A stretch of 64,000 bases of DNA, from assembly GCF_963921235.1 (NCBI RefSeq), contig NW_026948219.1:806001-870000 (forward strand). Direction: 5' to 3'. A model generated the notes under the pieces. It made no database searches. It was given only the letters and a program-made list of their open reading frames with translations, and was not told the origin of the DNA. The translations under genes and the position numbers were made by a program. Shown here one piece after another: positions 25,901 to 38,820 of this stretch. Origin of the DNA: Mobula hypostoma (taxonomy: Eukaryota). Each line of letters starts with the position of its first letter. Position 1 is the first letter of the stretch.

Positions 25901-27720
25901 CAGATGAGTGATCTAATACTGGATCTAATCAGCAGTTAAAATCTCCTCCCATCACAAGGGAGTAAGTACACAGATTTGGCAAAAAGGAAAACAGACGTTC
26001 AAAAAATCCTGAATCATCTACGTTGGGGGCATATACATTCGCAAAAACAATCAACTTACTGTCTAAACTCCCTGATACAGTAACAAATCGACCATTAGAG
26101 TCCGAAACAACTTTATGCTGAATAAAGGAAACTATTATCTACAAAAATCGAAACTCCGCGTGATTTTGCGTTAAACGAAGAGTGGAATTGCATACCCTTC
26201 CACCGAGTAAAAAAATCGTAAGGTATCACAGCTGCGTATGTGCGTTTCTTGTTAAAAAAAAAAATGGGTGCTTTTATTTTTTTAATATAAGCAAACACTT
26301 TGTTCCTTTTGGTGGGGTGATTCAGCCCTTTCACATTCAAACTAAACAGGTTAATATTTCGAACCACTTTAAATACCAATCAACATGTAATTAAAAGATC
26401 TGGCCATAAGTTATTAAAACTAGAAAGCAAACCGTAAAGTAAGGTATTCAAACAATCATATATTCAACCCAACACAGCTCCCAGAGAGAAATAGGCCCTA
26501 CCCCCTCCCCTACCCAAAGCGAGAAAGCTGACCAATAGACAGTCAGCGAGCTGAGAACTAAGTGCCAGCCCCAAAAAATCCTGTTGACAGAAAGGACTCC
26601 AGTCCTGCGATGTCATTATGTCCCTACCAAGACAAAACATAAAAAGCAAAATAACTCAGTATTCGAAAATATGAAAGGATCACTTTAAACAAATTCAAAG
26701 AAAGCTGTATTAAAATAAAGCCTCAAAACGGGATAAAATAATGTAGTATCAAAAAAAAAACAAAAGACAATATATGAACAGTCAAAACGTAAGCTTAATG
26801 AAACCTTATTTCAAATTCGTATTAACAGAAGAAAAAAACTTGATCAAATAAGAAGTATAGCAGTTTTAGACTTCATCCTTCAGAAACTCTTTTGCATCTT
26901 CAACTGAATTTATTCTTTTTCGCAATCCGTTCTTCAAAACCATACTCAGACGTGCGGGGAACTGAAGGGATGGTTTATATCCTTTATTATAAAATTCCGA
27001 CATAACTTCTTTGTATTTCATGCAATCAGCCAAAACTTCAGGCGAATAGTCTTCCACAAATCTAACCTTGTAATTTTGGAAATTGATCATTCCTTGTCTC
27101 CGGGTATGGCGAATCAAAAGGTCCTTAATACGAAATTCATGAAAGGCTAGTCCGACTGACCTGGGTTTCGCTGCCAAGGACAATGACTTCTAAGTCGGCT
27201 CCGAAGTGAATATAGCAGGGAAAAGCTGCCTCAGAAAGTTTGCAAAAACCTTCGTAGGGTCAGCGCCTTCAATTGATTCTTCAAGACCCAGGATTCGCAA
27301 GTTACTTCTCCTATTTCAATTTTCGAGACTGATGATCCTTCTCAGCATTTTATCATTGGATAAAGATCACTCCTTGCAGAGTTTAATTGTATCTTCAACG
27401 TCCTCTTCAAGTGTCATTAGCCTCGCAGTATTCTCCTGAATTTGGTTCTCATGCTGAAATAAAGTTTGTTGAATTGTATCCAATTTGCCGTTGATCCGTT
27501 GAAACTCCTCAGAGAATTCCTACTTTTGCCGTTTAAGGAAGTCACTGATTGAATCCAAAGACTCTTTCTTTTGCAAACGCTTTGGTTCTTTTCCCAGCCA
27601 CAGTAAAGCAGTATTGAAGTATTATAATAATGTTTCAAAAAAAAAGACTGGTAGGAGACAATTAAGTAAACAGTGTAGGAGCAATCGAAAAGAGACCAAC
27701 AGGGCTCTGACTGCTTCTTA
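22980..27720 (-). mobile_element. L1-clade LINE, decayed and 3'-truncated (ORF1 ~26866-27640; EN and RT of ORF2)
   Basis: ORF1 KVRFVEDYSPEV...PSLQFPARL; EN SLNVKGLNHPTKR and SRGVSIF; RT YRPITLFNFDTKILSKVLA, SLDAEKAFDRVEW and VSLYADDLLLF. Confidence 0.9.
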
Positions 27721-27744
27721 TATCTAACATATGCTTCCTTCTTC

Positions 27745-28700
27745 CGCTTGACGAGTTGCCTTTCCAGTTCAGGTGCAGCCCGTCCTTGTTGTACAGGTCA
27801 GACCTTCCCCAGAAGAGATCCCAATGATCCAGAAATCTGAACCCCTGCCCCCTGCACCAACTCTTCAGCCACACATTCAACTGCCATGACTTCCTGTTCC
27901 TACCCTCTCTGTCTCGTGGCACAGGCAGCAATCCTGAGATTACCACCCTTGAGGTCCTGCTTTTTAACTTTTTTCCCGAACTCCCCATATTCCTTCTTCA
28001 GGGTCTCATCCCTACTCCTATCTATGTTATTGGTCCCCACATGGACCACGACATCTGGCTGCTCACCCTCTCTCCTGAGAATACCGAGAACTCCATCCGA
28101 GATATCGTGGACCCTGGCACCAGGGAGGCAACAGACCATCCGGGATTCTCGATCTTTCCCACAGAACCTCTTAACTGTCCCCTTAACTATCGAATCCCCT
28201 ATCACTACTGCTCTCCTCTTTTCCCTCCTTCCTTTCTGAGCTGAGGGTCCAGTCTTGGTGCCAGACACTCAACCACTACAACTTGTCCCTGGTAGGTCGT
28301 CCCCACCAACAATATCCAAAACAGTATACTTATTGTTGATGGGAACGGCCACAGGGGTGCTCTGCTCTTTCTGTCTATTCCCCTTCCCTCTCCTGACAGT
28401 CACCTGACCTGTCTCCTGGCTTTTAGGGGTGACTGTCTCCCTGAAACTCTGATCTATTACTGCCTCTGCCCGCCGAATGATCCGATTTGACAGGAGCAGC
28501 AGCTGGATACACCTCTTCCAGGTGTAGACATCGGAGACAATTGTGCTGTCCCTGACTTCCCACATCCTACAATCGGAGCACTGGACTGCCCTATCTACTG
28601 CCTCCATTACTAACTCCTAAGTTAATTAATTAAATAAACTTACCCAGCCTTACCTTACTGGGAGCAAGCTCATCCTCTGCCTCTGCTCGCTGAAATCTCT
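27745..28700 (-). mobile_element. CR1 LINE 5' part, ORF1 (zinc finger and SGNH esterase-like domain)
   Basis: VQCSDCRMWE, AVVIGDSIV, VCCLPGARV, VVVHVGTNNI and DGLHLN. Confidence 0.85.
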
Positions 28701-28974
28701 TGAGCCAAAGCCTCAAAACTCCACTCCTTCACTGGCCCACTCACTCACTGGCCGCTCTCCACTCCAGTCCACGTTAAACTCCAGTCCCAATAAAGGTGAA
28801 TATGCAGCAGAAGAACCTCCTCCCATGCCCAGTGACCAGTGTGCAGAACTGGGTGTGGTGAGCATCAGCAATAATTGCAGAGTTGATCACCAACAGTCAC
28901 TATTGAAATTGCATTCGGCAACGATGATGGACAAATATCCAGCATGCAGCTTACTGAAACTTCCTCCCCAGTGC

Positions 28975-30245
28975 AGAAATCGTGCTTGACTAATCTTCTG
29001 GAATATTTTGAGGATGTAAGTATGAAAATGGACGAGGGAGAGCCAGTGGATATAGTGTACCTGGACCTTCAGAAAGCCTTTGATGAAGTCCCACATTGGA
29101 GATTAGTGGGCAAAATTAGGGCACATGGTATTGGGGGCAGAGTACTGACATGGATTGAAAGTTGGCTGGCTGACAGAAAACAAAGAGTAGTGATTAACGG
29201 GTCCCTTTCGGAATGGCAGGCAGTGACCAGTGGGGTCCAACAGCTTTCAGAGCTGGGACCACAGCTGTTTACAATATATATTAATGATTTAGGAGAGGGA
29301 ATTAAAAGTAACATTAGCAAATTTGCCGATGACACAAAGCTGGGTGGCAGTGTGAAATGTGAGGAAGATGTTATGAGAATGCAGGGTGACTTGGACAGGC
29401 TGGGTGAGTGGGCAGATGCATGACAAATGCAGTTTAATATGGATAACTGTGAGGTTATCCACTTTGGTGGTAAGAACAGGAAGGCAGATTATTATCTAAA
29501 TGGAATCAATTTAAGAAAAGGGGAAGTACAACAAGATCCAGGTGTTCTTGTACGTCAATCACTGAAAGCAAGCATGCAGGTACAGCAGGCAGTGAAGAAA
29601 GCTAATGGCATGCTGGCCTTCATAACAAGGGGAATTGAGTATAAGAGCAAAGAGGTCCTTCTGCTGCTGTACAGGGCCCTGGTGAGATCACACCTGGAGT
29701 ACTGTGTGCAATTTTTGTCTCCAAATATGAGGAAGGACATTCTTGCTATTGAAGGAGTGCAGCGCAAGTTCACAAGGTTAATTCCCGGGATGGCAGGACT
29801 GTCATATGTCGAAAGATTGGAGCGACTGAGCTTGTATACACTGGAATTTAGAAGGCTGAGAGGGGATCTTATTGAAACATATATGATTACTAAGGGATTG
29901 GACACGCAGGAGGCAGGAAGCATGTTTCCACTGATGGGTGAGTCCAGAACCAGAGGCCACAGTTTAAGAATAAGGGGTAGGCCATTTAGAATGGAGTTGA
30001 GGAAAAACTTTTTCACCCAGAGAGTGGTGGATATAGGGAATGCACTGCACCAGAAGGCTGTGGAGGCCAAGTCTCTGGATGTTTTCAAGAAAGAGATGGA
30101 TAGAGCTCTTAAAGATAGCGGAGGCAAAGGTTATGGGGATAAGGCAGGAACGGGGTACTGATTGTGAATGATCAGCCATGATCACAGTGAATGGCAGTGC
30201 TGGCTCGAAGGGCCGAATGGCCTACTCCTGCACCTATTGTCTATT
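28975..30245 (+). mobile_element. CR1 LINE, 5'-truncated RT plus 3' end
   Basis: SCLTNLLEYFE, YLDLQKAFD, FTIYINDL, ISKFADDTKL and ERLSLYTLEFRRLRGDLIE; one in-frame stop at 29421-29423; typical CR1 3' UTR ending CCTATTGTCTATT. Confidence 0.92.
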
Positions 30246-30269
30246 TTGAACCCGGTAGTGTGTCACAAC

Positions 30270-30723
30270 TGTAACATGCTGTGAGGTTTCAGTGTTAATG
30301 TAATGGCCTCTCTGTAATGTATCACTACTGAGGTAACGGTTTCTCTGTAGCAGCAATGTTTACGTTACGACTAGAGACAACAGGGTTTTGAAGTGCAGGG
30401 CTATCCAATGAGAGAAATGTTTTTCTTTCTTGTGAGTCTGGAAGAGAGATTTTTGCAGTCTTTTGCTGGGGAGAGATGAGAAGACATGAATGGAGAGACT
30501 GGGCCCTTTTCCTTTATTTTTTCTTTACTAACCCTATAGTCAAAGTAAGAACTACAAAGCCCAATCGTTTAATCGCATATTATGTACCGTTCGTTATTTC
30601 GGGGTACTGATTTGTAACAGGGGACACATCGCGTAGCATCCACCCAAATGAGATTTCTTAAGTTTGGCCGGGCTGGGGGCTATCACCCCCTATATTAAGC
30701 TGCTAGCTGAAGCGAGAGTTACA
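30270..30723. mobile_element. Probable solo LTR
   Basis: Bounded by the inverted termini TGTAAC...GTTACA and interrupts a degenerate zinc finger; no clear TSD. Confidence 0.55.
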
Positions 30724-30862
30724 TATGGTTAGATGACTGAGTGAATCGCTTCACACATTCACAGCAGGTGAATGGCCTCTCCCCAGTGTGAACTCAATGA
30801 TGGACATTTGGTGGCAATGGCTGAGAGAATCTCTTCCCAAAGTCTGAGCAGGTGATCGGCCT

Positions 30863-32908
30863 CTACCCAGTGTGAACTCGCTGGTGTCTCTGCAGGTTGG
30901 ATGACCGAATGAATCTCTTCCCACACTCTGAGCAGGTGAACGACCTCTCCCCTGTGTGAACACGCTGGTGTCTCTGAAGATGAGACAACCAACTGAATCC
31001 CTTCCCACACACTGAGCAGGTGAACGGCCTCTCTCCAGTGTGAACTTGCTGGTGACTCAGTAGTTGAGAGGACAAAGTGAATCCCTTCCCACAGTCTGAG
31101 CAGGTGAATGGCCTCTCTCCAGTGTGAACTCGCTGGTGTACCTTCAGTTGAGATGAACGAGTGAATCCCTTCCCACAGTCTGAGCAGGTGAACGGCCTCT
31201 CTCCAGTGTGAACTCGCTGATGTACCTTCAGTTCAGATGACTGAATGAATCCCTTCCCACAGTCTGAACAGATGAATGGCCTCTCTCCAGTGTGAACTCG
31301 CTGGTGACTCAGTAGTTGAGAGGACAAAGTGAATCCCTTCCCACAGTCTGAGCAGGTGAATGGCCAATCTCCAGTGTGAACTCGCTGGTGTACCTTCAGT
31401 TGAGATGAACGAGTGAATCCCTTCCCACAGTCTGAGCAGGTGAACGGCCTCTCTCCAGTGTGAACTCGCTGATGTCCCTTCAGTTCAGATGACTGAATGA
31501 ATCCCTTCCCACAGTCTGAACAGATGAATGGCCTCTCTCCAGTGTGAACTCGCTGATGTACCTTCAGATGAAATGACGAATTGAATCCCTTCCCACAGTC
31601 TGAGCAGGTGAATGGCCTCTCTCCAGTGTGAACTCGCTGATGTATGTTCAGTTGAGATGAGCGAGTGAATCCCTTCCCACAGACTGAGCAGGTGAATGGC
31701 CTCTCTCCAGTGTGAACTCGCTGATGTACCTTCAGTTGAGATGAACGAGTGAATCCCTTCCCACAGTCTGAGCAGGTGAACGGCCTCTCTCCAGTGTGAA
31801 CTCGCTGATGTATGTTCAGTTGAGATGAGCAATTGAAACCCTTCCCACAGTCTGAGCAGGTGAATGGCTTCTCTCCAGTGTGAACTCGCTGATGTACCTT
31901 CAGTTGAGATGAACGAGTGAATCCCTTCCCACAGTCTGAGCAGGTGAACGGCCTCTCTCCAGTGTGAACTCGCTGATGTATGTTCAGTTGAGATGAGCAA
32001 GTGAAACCCTTCCCACAGTCTGAGCAGATGAACGGCTTCTCTCCAGTGTGAACTCGCTGATGTACCTTCAGTTGAGATGAGCAAGTGAATCCCTTCCCAC
32101 AGTCTGAGCAGGTGAACGGCTTCTCTCCAGTGTGAACTCGCTGATGTACCTTCAGATTAGATGACGAAGTGAATCCCTTCCCACAGTCTGAGCAGGTGAA
32201 CGGCCTCTCTCCACTGTGAACTCGCTGATGCACCTTCAGTGCAGATGACAGAGTGAATCTCTTCCCACAGTCTGAGCAGGTGAATGGCCTCTCTCCAGTG
32301 TGAACTCGCTGATGTATGTTCAGTTGAGATGAGCAAGTGAAACCCTTCCCACAGTCTGAGCAGATGAACGGCTTCTCTCCAGTGTGAACTCGCTGATGTA
32401 CCTTCAGATTAGATGACGAAGTGAATCCCTTCCCACAGTCTGAGCAGGTGAACGGCCTCTCTCCACTGTGAACTCGCTGATGTACCTTCAGTTGGAATGA
32501 TCGAGTGAATCCCTTCCCACAGTCTGAGCAGGTGAATGGCCTCTCTCCAGTGTGAACTCGCTGATGTACCTTCAGTGCAGATGACAGAGTGAATCTCTTC
32601 CCACAGTCTGAGCAGGTGAATGGCCACTCCCAGGTGTGATCTGACTGGTGTCTCAGTAACCGAGATGACAGAGTAAATCCCTTCCCACAGACTAAGCAGG
32701 TGAATGGCCTCTCCCCAGTGTGAACTCGCTGATGCACCTTCAGTTGGGATGAGCAAGTGAATCCCTTCCTGCAGTCTGAGCACGTGAACGCCCTCTCGCC
32801 AGTGTGAACCGACCGGTGTATCCGTAGCTTATATGATTCAGCGAATCCCTTCCCACAGTCCAGGCAGGTGAACAGCCAGTCTCCAGTGTGAACTCGCTGG
32901 TGAGCCAT
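30863..32908 (-). CDS. Tandem C2H2 (Kruppel-type) zinc-finger protein, 24 fingers
   Basis: 681-aa ORF made of MAHQRVHTG plus 24 x 28-aa CxxC...HxxxH units with TGERPF linkers. Ends at a GAG>TAG change, followed by degenerate fingers to ~30724. No effector domain is visible. Confidence 0.85.
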   Translation of the reverse strand: MAHQRVHTGDWLFTCLDCGKGFAESYKLRIHRSVHTGERAFTCSDCRKGFTCSSQLKVHQRVHTGERPFTCLVCGKGFTLSSRLLRHQSDHTWEWPFTCSDCGKRFTLSSALKVHQRVHTGERPFTCSDCGKGFTRSFQLKVHQRVHSGERPFTCSDCGKGFTSSSNLKVHQRVHTGEKPFICSDCGKGFTCSSQLNIHQRVHTGERPFTCSDCGKRFTLSSALKVHQRVHSGERPFTCSDCGKGFTSSSNLKVHQRVHTGEKPFTCSDCGKGFTCSSQLKVHQRVHTGEKPFICSDCGKGFTCSSQLNIHQRVHTGERPFTCSDCGKGFTRSSQLKVHQRVHTGEKPFTCSDCGKGFNCSSQLNIHQRVHTGERPFTCSDCGKGFTRSSQLKVHQRVHTGERPFTCSVCGKGFTRSSQLNIHQRVHTGERPFTCSDCGKGFNSSFHLKVHQRVHTGERPFICSDCGKGFIQSSELKGHQRVHTGERPFTCSDCGKGFTRSSQLKVHQRVHTGDWPFTCSDCGKGFTLSSQLLSHQRVHTGERPFICSDCGKGFIQSSELKVHQRVHTGERPFTCSDCGKGFTRSSQLKVHQRVHTGERPFTCSDCGKGFTLSSQLLSHQQVHTGERPFTCSVCGKGFSWLSHLQRHQRVHTGERSFTCSECGKRFIRSSNLQRHQRVHTG

Positions 32909-32936
32909 TAGGTCAGATGAACGAGTGAATCCTTCC

Positions 32937-34331
32937 CTACAAATTCAGCAGATGACTAGCAATTTGCCCAACTAACTGGTGTGTCCACAGGTGGGAAGAC
33001 CGACTGAATCCCTTCTCACACACAGAACAGTTGAATGACCTTGTCCCAGTGTGAACTCGCTGATGTACCTTCAGATGAAATGACGAATTGAATCCCTTCC
33101 TACAGTCTGAGCAGGTGAACGGCCTCTCTCCAGTGTGAACTCGCTGATGTATGTTCAGTTGAGATGAACGAGTGAATCCCTTCCCACAGACTGAGCAGGT
33201 GAATGGCCTCTCTCCAGTGTGAACTCGCTGATGTACCTTCAGTTGAGATGAACGAGTGAATCCCTTCCCACAGTCTGAGCAGGTGAACGGCCTCTCTCCA
33301 GTGTGAACTCGCTGATGTATGTTCAGTTGAGATGAGCAATTGAAACCCTTCCCACAGTCTGAGCAGGTGAATGGCTTCTCTCCAGTGTGAACTCGCTGAT
33401 GTACCTTCAGTTGAGATGAACGAGTGAATCCCTTCCCACAGTCTGAGCAGGTGAACGGCCTCTCTCCAGTGTGAACTCGCTGATGTATGTTCAGTTGAGA
33501 TGAGCAAGTGAAACCCTTCCCACAGTCTGAGCAGATGAACGGCTTCTCTCCAGTGTGAACTCGCTGATGTACCTTCAGTTGAGATGAGCAAGTGAATCCC
33601 TTCCCACAGTCTGAGCAGGTGAACGGCTTCTCTCCAGTGTGAACTCGCTGATGTACCTTCAGATTAGATGACGAAGTGAATCCCTTCCCACAGTCTGAGC
33701 AGGTGAACGGCCTCTCTCCACTGTGAACTCGCTGATGTACCTTCAGTGCAGATGACAGAGTGAATCTCTTCCCACAGTCTGAGCAGGTGAATGGCCTCTC
33801 TCCAGTGTGAACTCGCTGATGTATGTTCAGTTGAGATGAGCAAGTGAAACCCTTCCCACAGTCTGAGCAGATGAACGGCTTCTCTCCAGTGTGAACTCGC
33901 TGATGTACCTTCAGTTGAGATGAGCAAGTGAATCCCTTCCCACAGTCTGAGCAGGTGAATGGCCTCTCTCCAGTGTGAACTCGCTGATGTACCTTCAGTG
34001 CAGATGACAGAGTGAATCTCTTCCCACAGTCTGAGCAGGTGAATGGCCACTCCCAGGTGTGATCTGACTGGTGTCTCAGTAACCGAGATGACAGAGTAAA
34101 TCCCTTCCCACAGACTGAGCAGGTGAATGGCCTCTCCCCAGTGTGAACTCGCTGATGCACCTTCAGTTGGGATGAGCAAGTGAATCCCTTCCTGCAGTCT
34201 GAGCACGTGAACGCCCTCTCGCCAGTGTGAACCGACCGGTGTATCCGTAGCTTATATGATTCAGCGAATCCCTTCCCACAGTCCAGGCAGGTGAACAGCC
34301 AGTCTCCAGTGTGAACTCGCTGGTGAGCCAT
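32937..34331 (-). CDS. Tandem C2H2 zinc-finger ORF, 15 intact fingers (duplicate of the 5' part of the downstream ORF)
   Basis: 464-aa ORF with an N-terminus nearly identical to that of 30863-32908; ends in a frameshifted finger ([18 protein letters not shown]). Confidence 0.75.
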   Translation of the reverse strand: MAHQRVHTGDWLFTCLDCGKGFAESYKLRIHRSVHTGERAFTCSDCRKGFTCSSQLKVHQRVHTGERPFTCSVCGKGFTLSSRLLRHQSDHTWEWPFTCSDCGKRFTLSSALKVHQRVHTGERPFTCSDCGKGFTCSSQLKVHQRVHTGEKPFICSDCGKGFTCSSQLNIHQRVHTGERPFTCSDCGKRFTLSSALKVHQRVHSGERPFTCSDCGKGFTSSSNLKVHQRVHTGEKPFTCSDCGKGFTCSSQLKVHQRVHTGEKPFICSDCGKGFTCSSQLNIHQRVHTGERPFTCSDCGKGFTRSSQLKVHQRVHTGEKPFTCSDCGKGFNCSSQLNIHQRVHTGERPFTCSDCGKGFTRSSQLKVHQRVHTGERPFTCSVCGKGFTRSSQLNIHQRVHTGERPFTCSDCRKGFNSSFHLKVHQRVHTGTRSFNCSVCEKGFSRSSHLWTHQLVGQIASHLLNL

Positions 34332-34660
34332 TAGGTCAGATGAACGAGTGAATCCTTCCCTACAAATTCAGCAGATGACTAGCAATTTGCCCAACTAACT
34401 GGTGTGTCCACAGGTGGGAAGACCGACTGAATCCCTTCTCACACACAGAACAGTTGAATGACCTTGTCCCAGTGTAAACTTGCTGATGTACCTTCAGTTG
34501 AGATGACCAAGTGAATCCCTCCCCACAGTCGGAGCAGGAAGGATGATCGAGTGAATCCCTTGCTCCACTTCTTAAATATCTGTACAGAGACAGCAAAACT
34601 GTCGTGTTGTGTTCGAGATTCCAGTAGACAAATTCCTTGTCATTTTTAACCTGTAAAAAT
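34332..34660 (-). other. 5' part of the zinc-finger exon with putative splice acceptor and broken fingers
   Basis: Minus-strand ATTTTTACAG|G acceptor at ~34650, followed by [20 protein letters not shown] and VIC*ICREGF degenerate fingers. Confidence 0.55.
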
Positions 34661-34984
34661 ATTTACAAAATCCATCAATGGGTGTAGGACCATATTTCAG
34701 ATGAGATCACTTCAGTTGCCAGGGTTTGATCTGGTATCACACTGTTACAGTGAGGTTCAACCCAAGTTGGAGAGAGAAATCATCTTCTAACTGGGCACAG
34801 TGCTGGTATCTGAAATGACCATCAAATCTCTGATGCTCTTCCTGTCTCTGTAAGAATGGGACATTTTTGCCATCTCCAATCTGTGACCTGGCTCAGTGGA
34901 CTCTCTCCATTGGTATTATTCCCTGTTCCCACTGAGCTGCATGGGTTCCTGGTCCCGCAGTAACTGAAACACTCACACAAATAT

Positions 34985-36480
34985 CTGGCAGTGCATTCCA
35001 CGCACCCGCCACTCTCATTGTGAAAAACTTACCCCTGACATTCCCTCAGTATCTACCTCCAAGCACCTTAAAACTATGCCCCCACGTGATAGCCGTTTCA
35101 GCCCCAGCAACAAAAAATCTGGCTATCCACAAGATCAATGCCCCTCATCATCTTGTACAGCTAAAAAAGGCTCTAAACATAAACAAGGAAATCATACATT
35201 ACTTTGAGGATTTGTTAGAAGTATACAAAGTTATGAGGGCATAGATAGGGTAAATGCAAGCAGCTTTTTCCATTGAGGTTGGGTGGGACGACAACCAGAT
35301 GTCATGGGTAAGTGGGGAAGGTGAAAATTTAATGGGAACATTTGGAAAAGCTCTTTACTGAAATGGTCGTGAGAGTGTGGAATGAGATGTCAGCACAAGT
35401 GGTGAATATGAGCTCAGTTTCACCATTTAAAAGAAGTTTGGATGGGAGCCTGGATGGTAGGGGTATGGAGGGCAATGGTCCCGGTGCAGGAGGTTGCATC
35501 AGACAGCGTAAAAGTTTTTTCGGCATTGACTAGATGGGCCAAATACTCTGTTTCCGTACTGAACTTCTCCATTTTTCTATGACAGAGAAGCTGGCCAAAC
35601 TTGTTTGGAAGGGAAAAGGTAGGAGTGACAACGGAGCAGCAATGGCTGGAGTTTCTGGGAGCAATTCGGGAGCTGAGTGATCGATACATCCCAAAGAAGT
35701 GGAAGCATTGGAAAGGCAGGAGGACACAACTGTGGCTGAAATGAGAAGCCAAAGCCAACATAAAAGCCAAAGAGAGGGCAAACAAAAGAGCAAAAACTGT
35801 TGGGAAACTTTTAGAAACCAACAGATGACGACTAAAAGAAAAGTTGGATGAGCTCGGGAGGTGAAATTATGATATTGTGGTCATTAGTGAGTCTTGGTAG
35901 CACCCAACAGTCTGAGGCACTTAGAGGAACAAAATATCCGGGGCCTCAGTATCTCTTGAAAACCAAGGTACCCTGCACCAGTTACCTTTCAACTTTTATT
36001 TTGTCAGGCACATACAAACCAGACACCCTCAAAATTTCACTTCTGAAGGCCTCCCACTTACCAAGTACTCCTTTGCCAGAAAACAGCCTGTCCCAAACCA
36101 CACTTGTCAGATCCGTTCTGATACCATTAAAATTGACCTTTCTCCAATTTAGAATTTCAACCCGTGGTCCAGACCTCTCGTTTTCCATATTTACTTTGAA
36201 TCTCATGGCATTATAATCACTAATTTCTGTCAGCAGCCCTGGATCATTTCCTAACAGCTCATCGCACATTTCTACATCAGGAATTCTACGTACTGATTAA
36301 GGGTACATTTGACAAACTCTACCCCGCTTAGTCCTTTTATAGTATGTGAGTCCCAGTCAATATATGGGAAGTTAAACTCACACCTTTGTTTCTTGTTTCT
36401 GCAATCTCTCTACAAATTTGTTCCTCTAAATCCCTCAGACTGTTGGGTGCAACCAAGTCCCAATAATGGCTACAATATCA
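34985..36480. mobile_element. Patchwork of CR1 fragments in both orientations
   Basis: EDLLEVYKVMR and VRVWNEM on the plus strand; LNWRKVNFNGIR and KWEAFRSEIL on the minus strand. Confidence 0.6.
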
Positions 36481-36589
36481 TAATTCCCTGTCCTGAGCTC
36501 ATCTGGCTTTCCTACGATGCTTCTTGCATTGTGATATACACAGCTCAGCACATTCATCGCTCCATGCTCAACCATTTGATTGCTGACTC

Positions 36590-37374
36590 TATCTGAGGTC
36601 TGAACAACATCTGACTGGTGTCAAGAAAACAAACTCTCCCTCATTGTCATAAAAACAAAGGAGCTGATTGTGGACGACAGGAGGAATGGAGACAGGCTAA
36701 CCCCTATTGACATCAATGGATCTGGGGTTGGGAGGGTGAACAGCTTTAAGTTCCTCAGCATAAACATCACCGAGGATCTCACATGGTCTGTACATACCGG
36801 CTGTGTTGTGAAAAGAGCACAACAGCACCTCTTTCACCTCAGATGGTTGAAGAGGTTTGGGATGGGGACCCAAATCCTCAGAACTTTCTACAGGGACACA
36901 ACTGAGAGCATCCTGACTGGCTGCATCACTACCTGGTATGGGAACTGTACTTCCCTTAATCACAGGAACCTGCAGAGAGTGGTGTGGACAGCCCAGCACA
37001 TCTGTAGATGTGAACTTCCCACTATTCAGGACATTTACAGAGACAGGTGTGTAAAAAGGGCCCAAAGGATATTAGGGACCCAATTCACCACAACCACAAA
37101 CTGTTCCTGCTGCTCCCATCCAGGAAACGGTACCACAGCAAAAGGACCAACAGGCTCCGGGACATCATCTTCCACCAGGCCATCAGACTGATTAATTCAT
37201 GCTGATACAATTGCATTTCTATGTTATATTGACTGTCCTATGTACAAACTATTTATTATAAGTTACTGTAAATTACAAATTGCACACTTAGACAGAGACA
37301 TAACGTAAAGATTTCTACTCCTCATGTATATGAAGGACGAATGTAATAAAGTCAATTCAATTCAATTCAATTCA
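36590..37374 (+). mobile_element. Rex1/Babar-like LINE 3' end with (CAATT)n tail
   Basis: SFKFLSINITEDLTW, KRAQQHLFHLRWLK and ESILTGCITTWYGN; AATAAA followed by (CAATT)n. Confidence 0.8.
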
Positions 37375-37876
37375 CCCTCCCCACTATCTGTTCTGTCAGT
37401 CTGACTCCCATTCCCCCTACAACTTATTTTAACCACATCACCCTCTCCCCACACTAGCACTAGCAAGCTGTACCACTGGGATATTAGTCCCCTCTTGTTC
37501 TGTTCCCCTAACTAACAAATCCCCTATCACCCCTTTGACTTTCCTCTGCCAGGTAATTCCCCCCATAAGTTTCTAAAGTGGTCCACCTGCTGTTGTACGG
37601 GATAGCAACAAGAGTACTCTGCGATGGCTATTTAAACTCATTCCCCTTCCTGACTCTCACCCAGTTTCCTGTGTCCTGCACCTTGGGTGTAACTCACCTC
37701 TCTTCATGTCATATCTATCACCCCCTCCAACTCCTGGATGATCCGGAATTCATCCATTTCAAGTTCCAACTCCATAAAGTGCAGGGTTACAAGCTGCAGC
37801 TGGATGCACATCTTGTAGGTGAGGGCATCAGGGACACTGGAGGTCTCCCCACCTTCCCACCAATGTCCCTCTAATT

Positions 37877-38818
37877 TGTAATGACCCGTGTGCACATAAA
37901 GCTTGTATTATGCATTTTTTTAAACCAGTTTCTGTATTGTACATAAATATTTCCCCTGAACACTCCTGAGGAATTGAGGATATATAAAAAAATCTGCTGG
38001 TCACCAGGGGAGGGTCAGACTGTGGGAAGGGTGGTACTGAGGGAGGGTAATACTGTGGCAGGGAGGGTCACACTGTGGGAGGAGTGGTACTGAGGGAGGG
38101 TCACACCATGGGAGGGGTGGTACTGAGGGAGGGTCAGACTGTGGCAGGGAGGGTCACACTGTGGGAGGAGTGGTACTGAGGGAGGGTCACACCATGGGAG
38201 GGGTGGTACCAAGGGAGGGTCACACTGTGGGAGGGGTGGTACTGAAAAATCTTTTTTGAACCTATGTAGAATAATTGGGAGTGAATTGGAATTTTTTAGC
38301 TGAAGTAAACTCTGTCTTCAGTGGTTAGCTAAGTCAGGCTCATTACCAGTTCCCTGTGACTTGCAGAGAGCGACACTGAGAGCTGATAACATTATACATT
38401 ATACCCTCTTTTGAGTAAGGGGAGGAGGACTCGCCGATAAGGACAGGAATCAACATCTGTCTATAATTAAGTCAGGGCTTTGCAAAGGGAATAACTGATA
38501 AGGACCGGACAGTACATCCATCTGTAATTAAAACCTTGATTTTGCGAACACTCTTATCTAAGTAATTAAGTTTTGCACCAACAGACTTGATGGGTGTACC
38601 AGTTCAAATAACATCTTGCAATAGTAATGTATGGGGCTTACTATGTATAAATATACGGCTGTAACCGGACTAAGTCAGTCCGCTTGTCAGATGGTGGCAG
38701 TGCTTACGTGCCTTCCCTTTAACAACTGGGTCTCAAACTCCTGCAGGAGAATGCACAATAAACTGTGGTGACGATAAGAAGCTGGTCTCTCAAGTTTTAT
38801 TCAGATTCAACGTTAACA
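37877..38818 (+). mobile_element. 5' LTR of a class I ERV (5' boundary uncertain: 37877 or ~38243)
   Basis: TATAAATA at 38646 and AATAAA at 38757; ends GTTAACA at 38818, followed by TT and the PBS. Confidence 0.75.
38010..38245. repeat. G-rich ~33-bp minisatellite
   Basis: GGGAGGGTCACACTGTGGGAGGGGTGGTACTGA units with partial copies. Confidence 0.85.
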
Positions 38819-38820
38819 TT

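Noticed and set aside
27900-28268. SGNH esterase as a captured host gene
   Set aside because: An esterase domain is an established component of CR1 ORF1.
31485-34206. Alternative-frame ORFs ([15 protein letters not shown]...)
   Set aside because: Shadow frames of the 84-bp zinc-finger repeat.
36670-37191. 173-aa ORF (and its twin at 63330-63851) as a host gene
   Set aside because: It is the C-terminal fragment of a Rex1-like LINE ORF with a frameshifted end and a simple-repeat tail.
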